Below are positions 36,835-49,680 of a stretch of DNA of 64,000 nt, one piece after another (positions within the stretch are counted from its first letter, which is position 1; the number at the start of each line of letters is the position of its first letter). The notes beneath the pieces were generated by a model. That model saw only the letters and a list, made by a program, of their open reading frames with translations. It was not told the origin of the DNA and did not search any database. The stretch is from assembly GCF_964204865.1 (NCBI RefSeq), contig NC_135251.1, forward strand, positions 20,460,001-20,524,000. The letters are read 5' to 3'. The position numbers and the translations under genes were made by a program. Source of the DNA: Styela clava (lineage: Eukaryota).

Positions 36835-38322
36835 CATAGGTTCTCAATGTGCTCCGTACGGAGCCCCAGGGCTCCGCGAGAGAAACTCAGGGGCTCCGCG
36901 AGCTATTAGATTACTTTTCAAAATACTTACTAATTTTGTAACTGTTCAAAGAAGCAATAACAGCTTTGATAAAATCTGACAACAAAATAGTCTCGAAATA
37001 TGATAAGGAGGCGGAATTAAAAAATGACATTATTTATAAGCAGGAGCGCAGCCAGGAGGGAAGGGGTTCAAAATTGGAATCGGAAATTTCCGCGCAACAT
37101 TCTTCGCGATTAAAAAAACGGATAACGAGATTTCTGTTGCGTAAAATATTTAATCCGTGACCGATGCGATCATTTAACGTGTCTCGTCGTTATAATGTAA
37201 TTGTGCTCATCGTTACTCACGTTTGATTCGAGATTACTATTAGGATTACTAAAATGAAAGAATACTATTCTAAAATAACATAAAATATGTGATAAACTGC
37301 CAACTGCAAATAAATTGAAGTCGAATTTTTGCGATCTCGGGATTTGTCAAACTTGATTGGTTCTTTCGCACTTGAAATTATTCTTAAGCAAAATATCACC
37401 GTTAAAAAAATCACAATGTCTGGGCAAAATACGAACGATTGAAATTTATTTTATTGCATTCAGCTCCATCGGTAGTTTCAGAATAAAAAAAAGGTACATC
37501 ACGGATCGCGCGCACAAATGATTGTGTGCGGCTCCGTCGGTAGTTTCAGAATGGGAAATAAAGGTGCATCGCGCGCACAATTGACTGTGTTTCGATTTCG
37601 CAGTTACTATGATGAAAACCTAACACAACACCAAACTTTGCGATTTACAATGTCTGTAGAAGCGTTTTCAAATCGAACGTGTGATCTTCCATTTTAAGTT
37701 TTAGTTTTAACATTTTAGAATGCCGCTTTTCAATCAAGAAATTTGAGTTGCGGATTTACCTCTTTATTAATTATTATTTTTAGCATTTCGTCGCCGATGA
37801 CTATATAATATGGTAACATGTTTTTCACATTGAACTCATAATTCCCCGCGAGAACAAAAAAGCAATTGACGTCATCATCGTGTAACAATACATGTATATG
37901 CCAGGGGAAATTTTCGATTTAGGGAGATTAAACACCAGCGTAAAGATATTCAAAGGTTCGAAAACAAGCCATGCTGACGAAAAAAATCGGCGATTGTAAC
38001 ATAATGCAATCGCGCACGTTATTAGCGGCATTTTAAGTCTTCCAAAAATGTCAAAAGCGAAAAGATTCGACCCTTAATTTATTTATTAATATGTTTGTCA
38101 AGTGTCAAATTTACAGCTTTGACTTATGTTTGAAATTTAAATTTATTTATGACTTGTATTATCCCTATTAAAAAAATTCAGCATTTAAATTAAGTAAAGT
38201 ACTTTTAACTTGCTCAGGAATATTAATCTGAAAGTAACAATTTTAACATTTATTCTGGGGCTCCGTAAATAACAGTCAACATTTTCGAGGGCTCCGCAAC
38301 ACCAAAAGTTTTAGAACCTATG
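36835..38322. mobile_element. Non-autonomous hAT element (~1.5 kb)
   Basis: TIR CATAGGTTCT.../...AGAACCTATG, GGGGCTCCG subterminal repeats at both ends, and a degenerate TSD TTGAAGAT/TTATAGAT. Confidence 0.75.
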
Positions 38323-38329
38323 TTATAGA

Positions 38330-38759
38330 TAACCCTGAATTTCCAGAAGCGAAAATGCACCACTACCATTGGGTTTATACTTTCAAACCCATGTTCAGAA
38401 TTCTATCCTTTTGGCAACAGAATCAAATTCGAATATCTTCACGTGTAAGATTGGGACAAAAAAATTTTTATTGCTCTTGCCAGCTTATTCTTGGTAGAGC
38501 GTGTATTTAGTGCAGTGACCGCACTTTTACATATAAAGAAAGATTCTTTCGACAGTGTCAGACGAGACTCAAGACTGTTTTTGACTGAAATGAAGCCAGA
38601 TATTATCAAGCTGGTGGTATTTCACTAGGCTCAACCTTCACATTATACTAATGATAAATGGAGAATAAAGTTGCTTTGACTTTATTTTGTCAGTGGGGCG
38701 TTTGCTAGTTTAAAATTCGTCCTAGGGGGCGCTGGCAGAAAAAAGTTTGGGAAACACTG
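38330..38759 (+). mobile_element. hAT Charlie/Buster transposase C-terminal relic with right TIR
   Basis: Translates as FIALASLFLVERVFSAVTALL...RLFLTEMKPDIIKLVVFH*AQPSH, the Buster-type dimerisation-domain end. Followed by AAGTTTGGGAAACACTG. Confidence 0.7.
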
Positions 38760-39239
38760 CTGTAGAGTGTAGATCCATGACAATAATGTGCATATTGTAC
38801 GTGACACTACGAGACATTTATTCACTTTGAACCAGCGGCCTCTATCATCTCTTAAAATTCTGGTAATAAATAGGTAAAGACATGTCCTACAGCACTGCCA
38901 AAACTTAATCCTTATTTACTTAAGTCCAGTGCATCTATTTGAAAGGAAATAACTGTGCCAAACAATCAAACACCTCGAGTTACGGGTCATCACAAGACAT
39001 GTCAATTATATCAAAATTTTTACATTCCAAGCCATTTTGTGTAAACCATCAAAAGCCTGAGTGAAATTTTAACTTTTCCCGTGAAATGAATGCAGTCCAA
39101 TAAAATTCAAGTGCCTTTTGATATAAAAAAAATACAAAACAATTACTTTCACTCCACTTTTTTTTTAAATTGATAAAATTCAACATTTGCCTGGAATGGC
39201 CCATGACCGTTTCAAAATGACTACGTTGGGTGTTCTACA

Positions 39240-40827
39240 ATCCTCGCGGACCGGTAAACTTAGATTAAATGTACTCGCGGACCGGCAAAAATTGAAATGA
39301 CCAGAACAGAAAAAAATAACATATATTTGCGTAATATATTGCAATGTCGAAAAGGGGCGCACTTAAAAACATTTCACACAGAGAAAAGCTATCAAATAAT
39401 GTGCTGGCCAACAATTGAAAGGGGTAAAATATGAAATAATACTATATATTTGCGTAATGAAATGCAGTGCTGGTCACCCAGTATTTGTAAGAAAGGCACG
39501 CATAAAACATTTCACATAAAAAAACGTGTATAATACATGCCAAAATATGTACACAATAACTCTATTGAGAATTTTGCTGCTCTTTCGTTCCCAATATAGA
39601 ATTGCAAACGAGGCCTCAAAAGAAGATTTTGCAAGACGTAGCTCTGCAGTGGCGTGCAGCCAATTTCTTTACTTCGTTTTAATTGAATCTAGTGATGAAA
39701 ATTTTTCGCGTAACGCAGTATTGGTTGAAAATACGCACAACAGTTTGATTGCTCGATTACCTAGCACTGTGTATTCTTATCAAGAGGTTTCCAAAATTGT
39801 GTCAAGTAATTATTTTTTAAATCTGGACTGTAAAGTAGAATCACAATTTTAATAAGGTTTTTCTTTTTCATACGGTTCATCAAATTAATCCCTCTGTTGA
39901 TCGACGCCTCAAACGAAATGAAGTTATATTACAATGACAAAGTCGTCGATAACTTGGCACCACGCTCAAAATCTTACGGTGTCACCTCAAAATATTAGGG
40001 AACATCTCTGCGTCCCATGCTTTTTTGCGCGTCTCGTGACCACCTGCAGGGCTCGCGGCTCCGCGTCAATTGCGATATATTGTATGCATGGGTTCCATTA
40101 CATTTGAACCCACGTACATTTGAACCCATGACAATTGCACCTGTATGCTATTGCACCTATGGAATTTTTTTTGTTTCACGGATAGTCAAACCCATACTAA
40201 CCCTAACCCATGGGTTTTAGCACCCGCATATAGATTGAACCCGTGGATATACGCATGGGTTCAAATGTACATGGGTTCAAATGTATACGGTCACCTATGC
40301 ATGTATACTTCAGTCTTCAATTGATTTTTGTATTATCATTATAATTGTTTAATTGCGTACAATATTTCATGCACGACGAAATAAAACTTCTGAGTTCTGA
40401 GGGTCGCAACATATTCATATCTTACTGGAATATTATACTGTTCTTCACTTTTTTATTGAGATTTGATGAAGCGCATTCGCGATGAATCGGAGCCGAAAGA
40501 GCGAAAAGTGTGATTGCTCGGCGCCAAGATGCACGCAGAACCGAAAAAGCACGAGTGCCGATTTTTAGGTTTCGGAATCTTGCGAGACTTGATGGAGCGC
40601 ATTCGCGATGAATCGGAACAGAAAAAGCGAAAAGTGTGATTGCTCGGCGCCAAGATGTCGCGAATGACAGCGCCAAGATGTCGCGAAAGACGTGGCAATA
40701 TGACGGTGGAAGCGAAATTGCGTAATAAACCAATGCAACCTTGTCTTCAGTAAAGCGATTGAGACGACATCAAAACTTCTCGCGGACCGGCAAAAAAGCT
40801 TCGCGGACCGGCGGTTGGGGACCACTG
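39240..40827. mobile_element. Non-autonomous hAT-type repeat (copy 2)
   Basis: Homologous to 13990-15409, with CGCGGACCGG subterminal motifs, right end GGCGGTTGGGGACCACTG and an internal tandem duplication at ~40458-40680. Confidence 0.65.
40091..40295. mobile_element. Mutator-like MITE, copy 1
   Basis: Ends GGTTCCATTACATTTGAACCCA / TGGGTTCAAATGTATACGGTCACC with an 8-bp TSD TATGCATG. Second copy at 60095-60259. Confidence 0.85.
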
Positions 40828-41249
40828 TTATACATCAGTCCATTCCACACAGTAAGTCAAAATCTTACGCAAAGGAAAATAGCGTCTCTTCGAAACTGGG
40901 AAACTTTGGAGGACAATTATTGCATCACATCAAGATAAAAATGCAAATGGGCAGCGACGTAATCAATGGCAAAGATTGAGCCTTGGAAACAGACACCTGT
41001 GCACCCTTTTGGTGTACGGGGCTTACACGTAACAAAATGTAGCAATTATCCGCTAACAAAACAACGAAACAAACAAAACCACGCACGCACCTTCAGTAAG
41101 CAGGCTGACATTTGGCTGACATGTCGGGACACCAGGACAAGACGTTGAAAAGCGGGACTGTCTCGTCTAAAGCGGGACGCCCACCTATGTATTTGGGGCC
41201 TAGTTTTTGCTTGAAATAGTGAGTAGAGTAGTAAGCAGCAAGCACCTTT

Positions 41250-42420
41250 TGGCATCGCTAATTATTTTCATTCCCATCTCAATTTTCCTTGCCTCGCTGT
41301 TTATGTTTTTTTCCTTGAGCTGATTTGTTTTCATTTCAATCCACATTGCTTTTCCATCTTAATTTTCCTTGGGCTTTTTTGCGTCGCTGATTTCTTCTAT
41401 TCTACTTCCCATCCCATTTTTCCTTGTCTCTTCGCGTTGCTTGCTGCAGCTAGCTTCGCTGATTACTAATTATTATTATTACATTCCTTGTCTCTTTGTG
41501 TTGCTTTAGGATGTTTGCTATTGCTGCTCTCTTGCTCGTCAACCCCATTTCTTTCCTCGACCACCTCTCATTCTCATCCCCCTTTCCCTTGTCTATCCGG
41601 ATTTGCTTGCTGCTAGCTAGCCTCGCTTATCGTGTTATTATCTCCTCCTCGACCTCTTCTCATTCTCATCCAGTGATGAACTGGAAAAATCGTATAAACC
41701 GGAACGCACCTAATTCACAAAAAATGTAATATGTTTAAAACACGACGCGGACGTTTACAGAAAGTTTTGTCTGTCTTAAGATAGAGCTGTCCTAAGATAC
41801 TGCAATGAAATATGAATAAATTATCTGAAATATTTCCGTGTAAAATTACAAAAATATTCATATCAATACAAATGTTATTATTAGAAAGGTGTAGGGCAGG
41901 GGTGCACAACCTTTTTGCTATTGGCGGCCACATCACATTTATTTGTATTCAATACGGACTCCAGGAGGTTCCACTGTTCTCATCCCATTTTTCATTGTCT
42001 TCCCGACTTTGCTTGCTGCTAGCTAGCATCGCTTATTGTGTTATTATAACCTCCATTTTTATTCCGCCCGACTTCGCTAATATCTATTTTTCTTGACTTT
42101 AGCCTGCGCTGACGATCTCTACTATATTCCCTCAATCCGTCCCTATTTTCATGACTGGCCTGCTTACCTTTACATTGCGGCTTATGGCCACTAGCCCCCA
42201 ACGACCAATGCTGGCCCCTCTGGCTTATTTACCTCATCTTCTTTCTTGCCAGCCGGTCCCCTTTCTTTCCTCGCCCACCTCATCTTTTTCATTCTCGTTA
42301 CTTTATGGCCGCTGGCCCTCTGGCTTTTATACTTTCACCTAATCTTTATTCTCCTTTGACTGTTTGCTAACGCTGCTCTTTTGACCGTCGGCCACCGTTC
42401 TTTCCTTGACCGATTTTATT
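41250..42420. repeat. Pyrimidine-rich degenerate tandem repeat region
   Basis: Recurring TTCCCATCCCATTTTTCCTTGTCT...TTGCTTGCTGCTAGCTAGC.TCGCT blocks (~41270, 41405, 41570, 41978) with strong C/T strand bias. Confidence 0.55.
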
Positions 42421-42428
42421 GTCTAGAG

Positions 42429-43330
42429 CAGCGTTTCCCAATCTTTTTCGGCCACGGAACCCCTCCACTTTTTATCTCGCCTCGCGGAACACCAAAAAAT
42501 AAAAGGGTAAAATTGACAAAGAAAAAGTTGTCAAATGCGCGGCGAAAACTAACAGAATTGTGTTAAAATACTTAAAATAGGATTGAATATTTTACATGTT
42601 GCATTTAATATTAATGTTTTATTGTTTCTTAATTTAAATGCTGTGTATATGAATCAATAAATTCATTTTACCATTCTATGTCGTTTACTCTCTATTACGT
42701 AGTGTTTGCCTCTAATGTCACGTCTAATGGAGATAGAAGTACTTCCTGCAATTTCGCTGCATTTATGTACTTAATAGAGTTTAGCGAAAATGAGTAATTT
42801 TTTCAGCATTTCAAAGTAAAACTAGGCAGAGATGGAGGAAGAAGAGTTGACCCTTTGCCTTCATTCTTTAGGTCTCTACTCGTTTGCCTATAGCAAAACC
42901 AAAATGATTGCTGTAAACTTGATAATGAACTTAACAGTCAAAAAGCTAGGCCGACAGTTATCGAAAATGCCACTATCCCTTCTCAGTTAGTACGATTTAA
43001 GCCGATGGTGATGCGATACTGAACGGTCAGTTGTGCGACAACTTCACGTTCCATGAATCAGGGCTTCCCAAACTTTTGAGCTCGCGATCTCTTTTAATAT
43101 AGATATATATTAAATAATAATATATATATATATATTCTATTAAAAATTTTCGCGCCCCTCGTCCTCGTTAATAATGGTAAACAGTTCGAAATATGCGTTT
43201 TTGATGTTTTTGTAAAATTGGTGTACTCTTTGCGGCCCTCAAAATTCGTTTAGCGGCCCCTAGTTTGGGAAGCCCTGCCATAGATCTCCATGGCGACTAT
43301 TCAAGACGGAACACAGTTTGGGAAACGCTG
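42429..43330. mobile_element. hAT MITE containing a nested hAT MITE (43059-43277)
   Basis: Outer TIR CAGCGTTTCCCAA/TTGGGAAACGCTG with TSD GTCTAGAG/GTCCAGGG. Inner TIR CAGGGCTTCCCAAAC/GTTTGGGAAGCCCTG with TSD CCATGAAT/CCATAGAT. Confidence 0.78.
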
Positions 43331-43509
43331 GTCCAGGGTTCCTTCCCCACAGCTTGGTCTGTAGCCTGATGTTTGACAATGTCTCTACGCTTCCCCTGTG
43401 TCACCGCTGGTGACGAAGTTAGAGTGGACCAGAATATTACTTAATTAACAACGTCACGCTTGGCATCCAACGACGAGGCTAACTACCCCCCAAAAATTAC
43501 ATTGACATA

Positions 43510-44483
43510 GGGGAAGGTGGGGTACGTTGGGACAAGGGGCACAGTGGAAAATCAGCTATCACACTGATACTATATCCGCAATCCTGTCCGCGGCTCGATG
43601 TTCCAATCCGCCCTTCGGTGAGTTACAACGTCCCCGCGAACGGACAACGGACGGGTAGAGCGGCGCAAGCTATGGGGTGGAATTGGTTTTGGGAGGTTAA
43701 AAAAAAAATTCACCGTTCCATTTTTTTTTTTTTTTTAGTTTAGCCTTTCCAACCAGACAAACCATCGTCTGATATTCTTTAGCGTCAGTCCACTGTAAAA
43801 TATTCCTGACGTTAGCGATTGGCTGTGCCTTCCGAATTTTGCCGTGGGATGGTCTGAAAATATTTGTTTCCTATGGGGAACAATGGACCGGGATTCAGTG
43901 GGACATGCTCTACAGGGCACAATTCGACAGTGTTTGATACAATAAGTGCTTAGAGATTTAGAGATGCGTTATATTTTGTGTAATATAATGGTTCCTTTCG
44001 ACCCATGGCCCAATATGGAATATATTCGAGAATCAATAATATTTCCAGATTTAGATTCGAGGAAGGAAATAATCAAATTTTTTTGCAAAATGTTTTGTCA
44101 AAATATCTGAACTATTTCAGTTGAACATTGATTTTAAAAATATTAAATCATCAAATTCGAAGTCTCCCCGTACCTTAGACGATTATGCTGATTAATTGAT
44201 TATTTTTAAGGGCATACTTCGTTGAATTTTGACAGACTGACCCATTGTGCCCCAGGGTCTGTCCGATTGTGCCCCACAAGTGGGGTACAGTGGGACACTT
44301 GACAGACGTTTTTCAAAGCATTTTGGTAGTAAGATGTGTGTCGCAAGGGAATTTCTTAGTCGCTGAATAAAAACTACATTTACCCCTCTATGCATTAGTC
44401 CCGCAAACTTAAGAGAATATGCAGAATTAACGGCTCAAAATATGCAAAAGAAAAAAAGTGTCCCAACCTTCCCCACTTTCCCC
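43510..44483. mobile_element. Non-autonomous TA-targeting DNA transposon (TcMar/pogo-like), ~970 bp
   Basis: TIR GGGGAAGGTGGGGTACGTTGGGACA / TGTCCCAACCTTCCCCACTTTCCCC flanked by TA on both sides, with internal GTGGGACA motifs. Confidence 0.8.
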
Positions 44484-45416
44484 TACTGCGTTGATTCGAG
44501 GCAGCGTATTCATTCCGTGAAAGGCGTTCATCTGGGACTATCGTGTGCACTGCATTTTTATTAATCATGGTTCATTTGAAAATGCGTTATTATAAATCAC
44601 ACTTTAGTTTAGTTGCAATATTCAAAATTGGTTTCCGCGAACCTTGCATAAATTAGCTTGAAATTCGCATGAGGACATGTGACCCACACGTGTATAATGC
44701 TTTTCATGAAAATGATAGTTTTGAACATGTATGTATGTTTATTTGCCTCAAAAAACGGTATAACAGAGACGGGATACATGTTCAAGACCTTACTGGCCTA
44801 ACCCACAGATGTGCGACATGCACCTCAACAAGTATAACTGCAGTTCAGGACTGCTGCGTTATAGTAGGACAACAGACATGAAATATATATACAAATAAAA
44901 CTCTTGTACAATACACAGGACAACGAGGTACGGCACCACGACGATATGTACAATAGTCAGTTCATGACATGTCCATGTCCCAGGTTCTGGTGTGAAGGGA
45001 TGGGAATAGGGTATAAGTCGCATGTTTGTGTGCTATACAATAGATTGTACGAAACCAGTAAAAATTTGTTCGAGACATGAACTTGCCAAAAACCAACGTT
45101 GGGTGGGACCACGACTCAAAAGAATTATGTTCTAAAAAGGTGAACAATAAATAAATGACATATGCAGAAATTCTTTGTTTACACTCCAGTTGTTAATCAT
45201 AAATTTTATGCGACAAAAGAGATGAGAACAATAGAGTCTAGCTAGCACGCAGGCCTGTTTGTATGCACTAACTTTTCAAGACACGCTCAAAACGGACATC
45301 GAAAATTTCGCAATGGCAAAGTGTAATCCAAAGTGTTACGTACGTGCGAAACAAATTGTTGGACTCCTCGACTTTTCTCTCCTCCGAGATAAAAATTAAA
45401 TAACTCAAAGCAAGGT

Positions 45417-45471
45417 CTGATTGGTCTTTGTTACGGAAATAAACATGGAAATCAGTGCTCGGGGAACATCC
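45417..45471 (+). promoter_or_regulatory. Putative promoter module upstream of RNF220
   Basis: CTGATTGGTCTTTGTTACGGAAATAAACATGGAAATCAGTGCTCGGGGAA closely matches 16543. It is followed by a second ATTGG, a perfect CRE TGACGTCA (~45516) and a candidate splice donor (~45677). Confidence 0.5.
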
Positions 45472-48400
45472 AGTGGCTAAAGGATACGCATCATTGGCTA
45501 GAGTTTGTTATGGTATGACGTCATTGTCGCGGCAATGTTTCCTTTGCTACGAGATCTAAAAAGGTATCTGATTTTCGACTACCTTGTAAATGTAATCCGC
45601 TGGCATCTGCGGTTCGTTTTTGTGTAGTTACACTAAAACCACATGCCTTTGCACACGATATTGTAGTCGGAAATACGTATGCTAATGCGAAGAAGGTATT
45701 GACTGTAAATTGCTTGTTTTGGCCATTCTTTCAACGGTTTGTCAAAATTATAGATTGACCTTGAAAATTGTAGTTGAAAAAAACTAGCAATTTGTGAATT
45801 TTGGTGGGCGCAGTCTCAATGTTCACTCTGACAATCTATTATTTAACCTGTCCTGATTTGCTAAAGTGCTGTGATCGCATTGAAGCATTTTCAACTGTAG
45901 GCTGTAAACATTTCATTTAGTTGGTGTGTAAAAGCTTTTGCTGCCTTAGCTGCTCATTATCTTCCATTTTTCTCTGGTGTGGCTTGCATTGTTTGGACTA
46001 AAGTTGGCTGAATTCTTGTTCTAACCCAAGTTTCTTAAAAATTTATTAGCCTACTTGAAATTTATAAAATTTATTGCGCATACCAAGCTCTAGATTTCAT
46101 AGCTAATGATTATATTGACACTATTTAAAACTTTTCAACTTGTTTGTAACTGTAATATAACAAAAATTGTCTTACTCAACCAGTAATTGACTTGATATTG
46201 GCCGATTTCTGATCTATTAAAAAAAGTTGAGTAATGAAGCGATGTACTTAAGAATGCTGAATAGGATACATACTCAATCACAGTCCAGTTGGCCTCACAT
46301 ATTCAGAAGCATATTATCTAACCCTACTGTGTCATTGGGGCCTATAATAGTGATTTTAATTTCTCTATTTCAGGATTCTAAGGCTGAAGAAGTCAAGTAA
46401 AGTTGATACTCGTGTATGTACTTCATCTGTCAGACTGTCTCAGTAGACTAACTCAACAAGGAATATAAGGTTTTTATAAAATGTAATTTATCAGAACTGG
46501 CGTTACTATTTGAGCTAGAAAAATTTTAACATTTTATTCCCATGAAACTGGATCATTATTGTCATTTTGAAAACAAATCTCAACAAAGAAACTACAAATC
46601 TATTGTCCCAAAATTTCGATTGCTTTTGTTTTATTAGTGGCCTTTTTGATGTTGATATCATTGGTAAATGTTGAAAATAGACACACAAAACTGTTTCACT
46701 GAATCAATCACTTGCTTGACTTGTTGAGCCAACAAGAATATACTAATCGAACATGGTTCTGACTTCATCGATGAATAAGTCAGAATAACTTCAATGTCAC
46801 ATATACACTCAAAGACTTTAAGTAAAGAGGTTTTTGATCATGACACTCTTCCATTCCATCCAGTGTGATATGTGGCATTCCATTCATTACAAATCATGGG
46901 TTTATGAAATGACCCTGTCAAAACAGCCATTTTTTTGCTATGATCGCTATCTGCCTACTGAAATGTCTGTTTGACAGGATTGCTATACTACTGTTCCTTT
47001 TCAATTATAAATTTTGTTCATCCACAAATTGGTCATTGAAATGCATGGCATTTGGGATAATGTTCTCTCAGAAAATAATAATCATGAAAATTAGAACATT
47101 TACTCAAATTTACCTTAACCTATTATAACCATGTAGACTAACTTTAAATAATATTAGCTCTTTTTAAGTTTTGGGTAATTCAAGTGAGAACAACCGAATG
47201 TTCATCACAAATATGATATACATATACGAATATGAATTGTAAACAATCATATTCTGAGCTAAAAAGATCAATTTGACTGTGAATGTCCAATGAAATTTGC
47301 ATGTAATTTTTGAATGTAAATGAAAGATGAATTTGATTGCTTTCTATCAAGAAAGCACCAATTTGTATTTTAAAAGGATTAAGAATGAAATTTTGTTTTC
47401 TATGAGAAAAGCAGACTTGTACTGTATTGGTTTTCAGAATTGAATTAGTTGTCCAGTATAATTTATATCTGGTGTATTTAGTATACAAAAAGTATATTAT
47501 GTTTTATTTATTCTTTCATTTACATCCAATTAAATGGAATATATTTTGCTGTAAAAAAAACAGGTTTTGCACAAAATAGACCATAATTTTTATTGATATC
47601 ATTGTTCGGACATAGTGTTTAGTCCAGTAGTTTTCAACCTTTTTGTTGGAGCATTTTCTTTATCATACATTGCAATTTTTGTGGCTTGAAACGATTTTTA
47701 GACCCTCAAGACTCATGAAAACTCATGTTTCCCGGCCTCCGGAACCAGTCCGAACCAGCTAGCTGTTACGGTCTAACTTGGCAATAGGAAAGATCATCCC
47801 ACTCCTTTGAAAATTCCTGGCTACACCCCTAACTACCGGTATCTGTAGGAGTTGTATACTATAAATATATATTGAAGCTCCCTTATATTTACAAAATAAA
47901 TCTTTATAAAGTGTAAAAAGTTTAATAATAGTGGCCGGCCATGCCCCCCCCCCCCCAAAAAAATAAAAAATTCAACATTTTTTTAATGCAATTTGCGGCG
48001 GGGCATAAATTCTTTAACTAGCCTTGTTCGGAGCGAAAGGCACGAGTCATCTTCGTATTACGTCATTGTACAAAAAAAAATGGACTGGCTACGCTTTTGG
48101 GCCCACCCTGCCGATAGGTATTTGAATATAAATATCTAAGCAATATTCATATATTAATATAGACTCTCGGATTTGAATTTAAACTTGCAGATATCGCTGA
48201 TCGAAGATAGCGTTTCGGCCATTGCGTTTGACTTTTATTCGATTCTGCCATTAAGTTTGGCAGTTTTAAGTTATTCTGATATTAAGTTTGGGTCGATGGA
48301 ATATATTACTGCTACCGCTTCATAAATATGGATTTAAATAAAAGTGAATGCCATTAAAGGTGCTCACAAACAGATAAATGATTTATATGAATCGTTTTTG

Positions 48401-49680
48401 TCCATGTAACTATTCCTGACACAATTCCGGTGTGTTTTATTTTGGTATGTAAAAGTTAGTCTAAACTGCTGCAGTCGCCAACCGACCCTCTTAGCCGCCG
48501 TGGTGATTTTTTTTACAAATTTGTACATACCCCGCCATTTTTTGGCTAGTTTATTTTAGCCTCAGAACAGTATTTTGATGATCGTGATCGAATTAGTCGA
48601 TCGTGATTATTGGTGACCACCATATGCAAATCACTATATCAATAAATCAAATGGCTTAATTAAGGTTAAAACCAACAGCCATTTAGCAGTTATTAGTATC
48701 TCCTAATAATCTCGTTAAACACTTGCCAATATGAGTGACACACTCCTTTGTGAGATCAAAATCCCTCAGCAATCAACAAAATTACATAGTCAATAATTTG
48801 ACATCGTTTGCCTCGACGAAAAATTGACACCATGAAAAATCCGTTTTATATATATCGGCACCAAGTGGAGACCAGTTAGTTAGAGTCCCCGACTTTTGAA
48901 TAAAATTATATTCAAATTAAATATATGTATGACAAGTTTAACAACATATTGAAATTAACTATTTTTCGAAATTTTGATAAAACACTTGATTTCATATTTC
49001 AGTGACATATACTAACCGGTGTGAAGCGATAAGGAGTTGCCAATGATAAACAGCATCGTCATATTGTGCACTTCCCACAAATAGTTTTTGAATTTCAAAT
49101 ATGATTATTACTTTTATTTCAAATCGATTCTATTTCCTGCGTGGTTAAATTTTGCCCATCACGAGGGGCTTTTTAAATATTTATTTTTCTTATTTATTTT
49201 TATATATATTCTGTAAATGAAGTTATAGATAATCGAATGGGAACCCAAGTCGATTGGGTAACCACAATGCTTAATTTGAATTTTATATAATAAATATAAT
49301 AAATAAACAATAAATTTTATAATAGTTAGCCTGTTCTTTCAATTTTTACATATTGTGTGTTATGCGACAGTCTCTTGAGGATTCTCACCCAGTCCAGAAA
49401 TTATCCGATTATGATTCGAGAGAAATGATTGATAGCTGGCTATACATGGGTGAAAATAATTTTCCGATAACAACTTCTCTCGTGTGCGAAATCGTTTACT
49501 GATATAAATACGGTAAAAACGGTGAAGGCGATATCAGTTTCTTAGTTCCTCGATCGGCGCTGTTTGTTCAAAGATCTTCGGAACATCGACTTCTTGAGTA
49601 ATAGGTTGTCTTAGCTGTATTTAAATATCGCTATCGTCCGATAACGAAGCGGCATTCTACTTTCTTCCATATCTTGAAAT

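Noticed and set aside
40195-40210. Telomeric repeat or telomerase template (CTAACCCTAACCC)
   Set aside because: Only two units, internal to a MITE. Similar TTAGGG-like snippets occur in the other MITEs.
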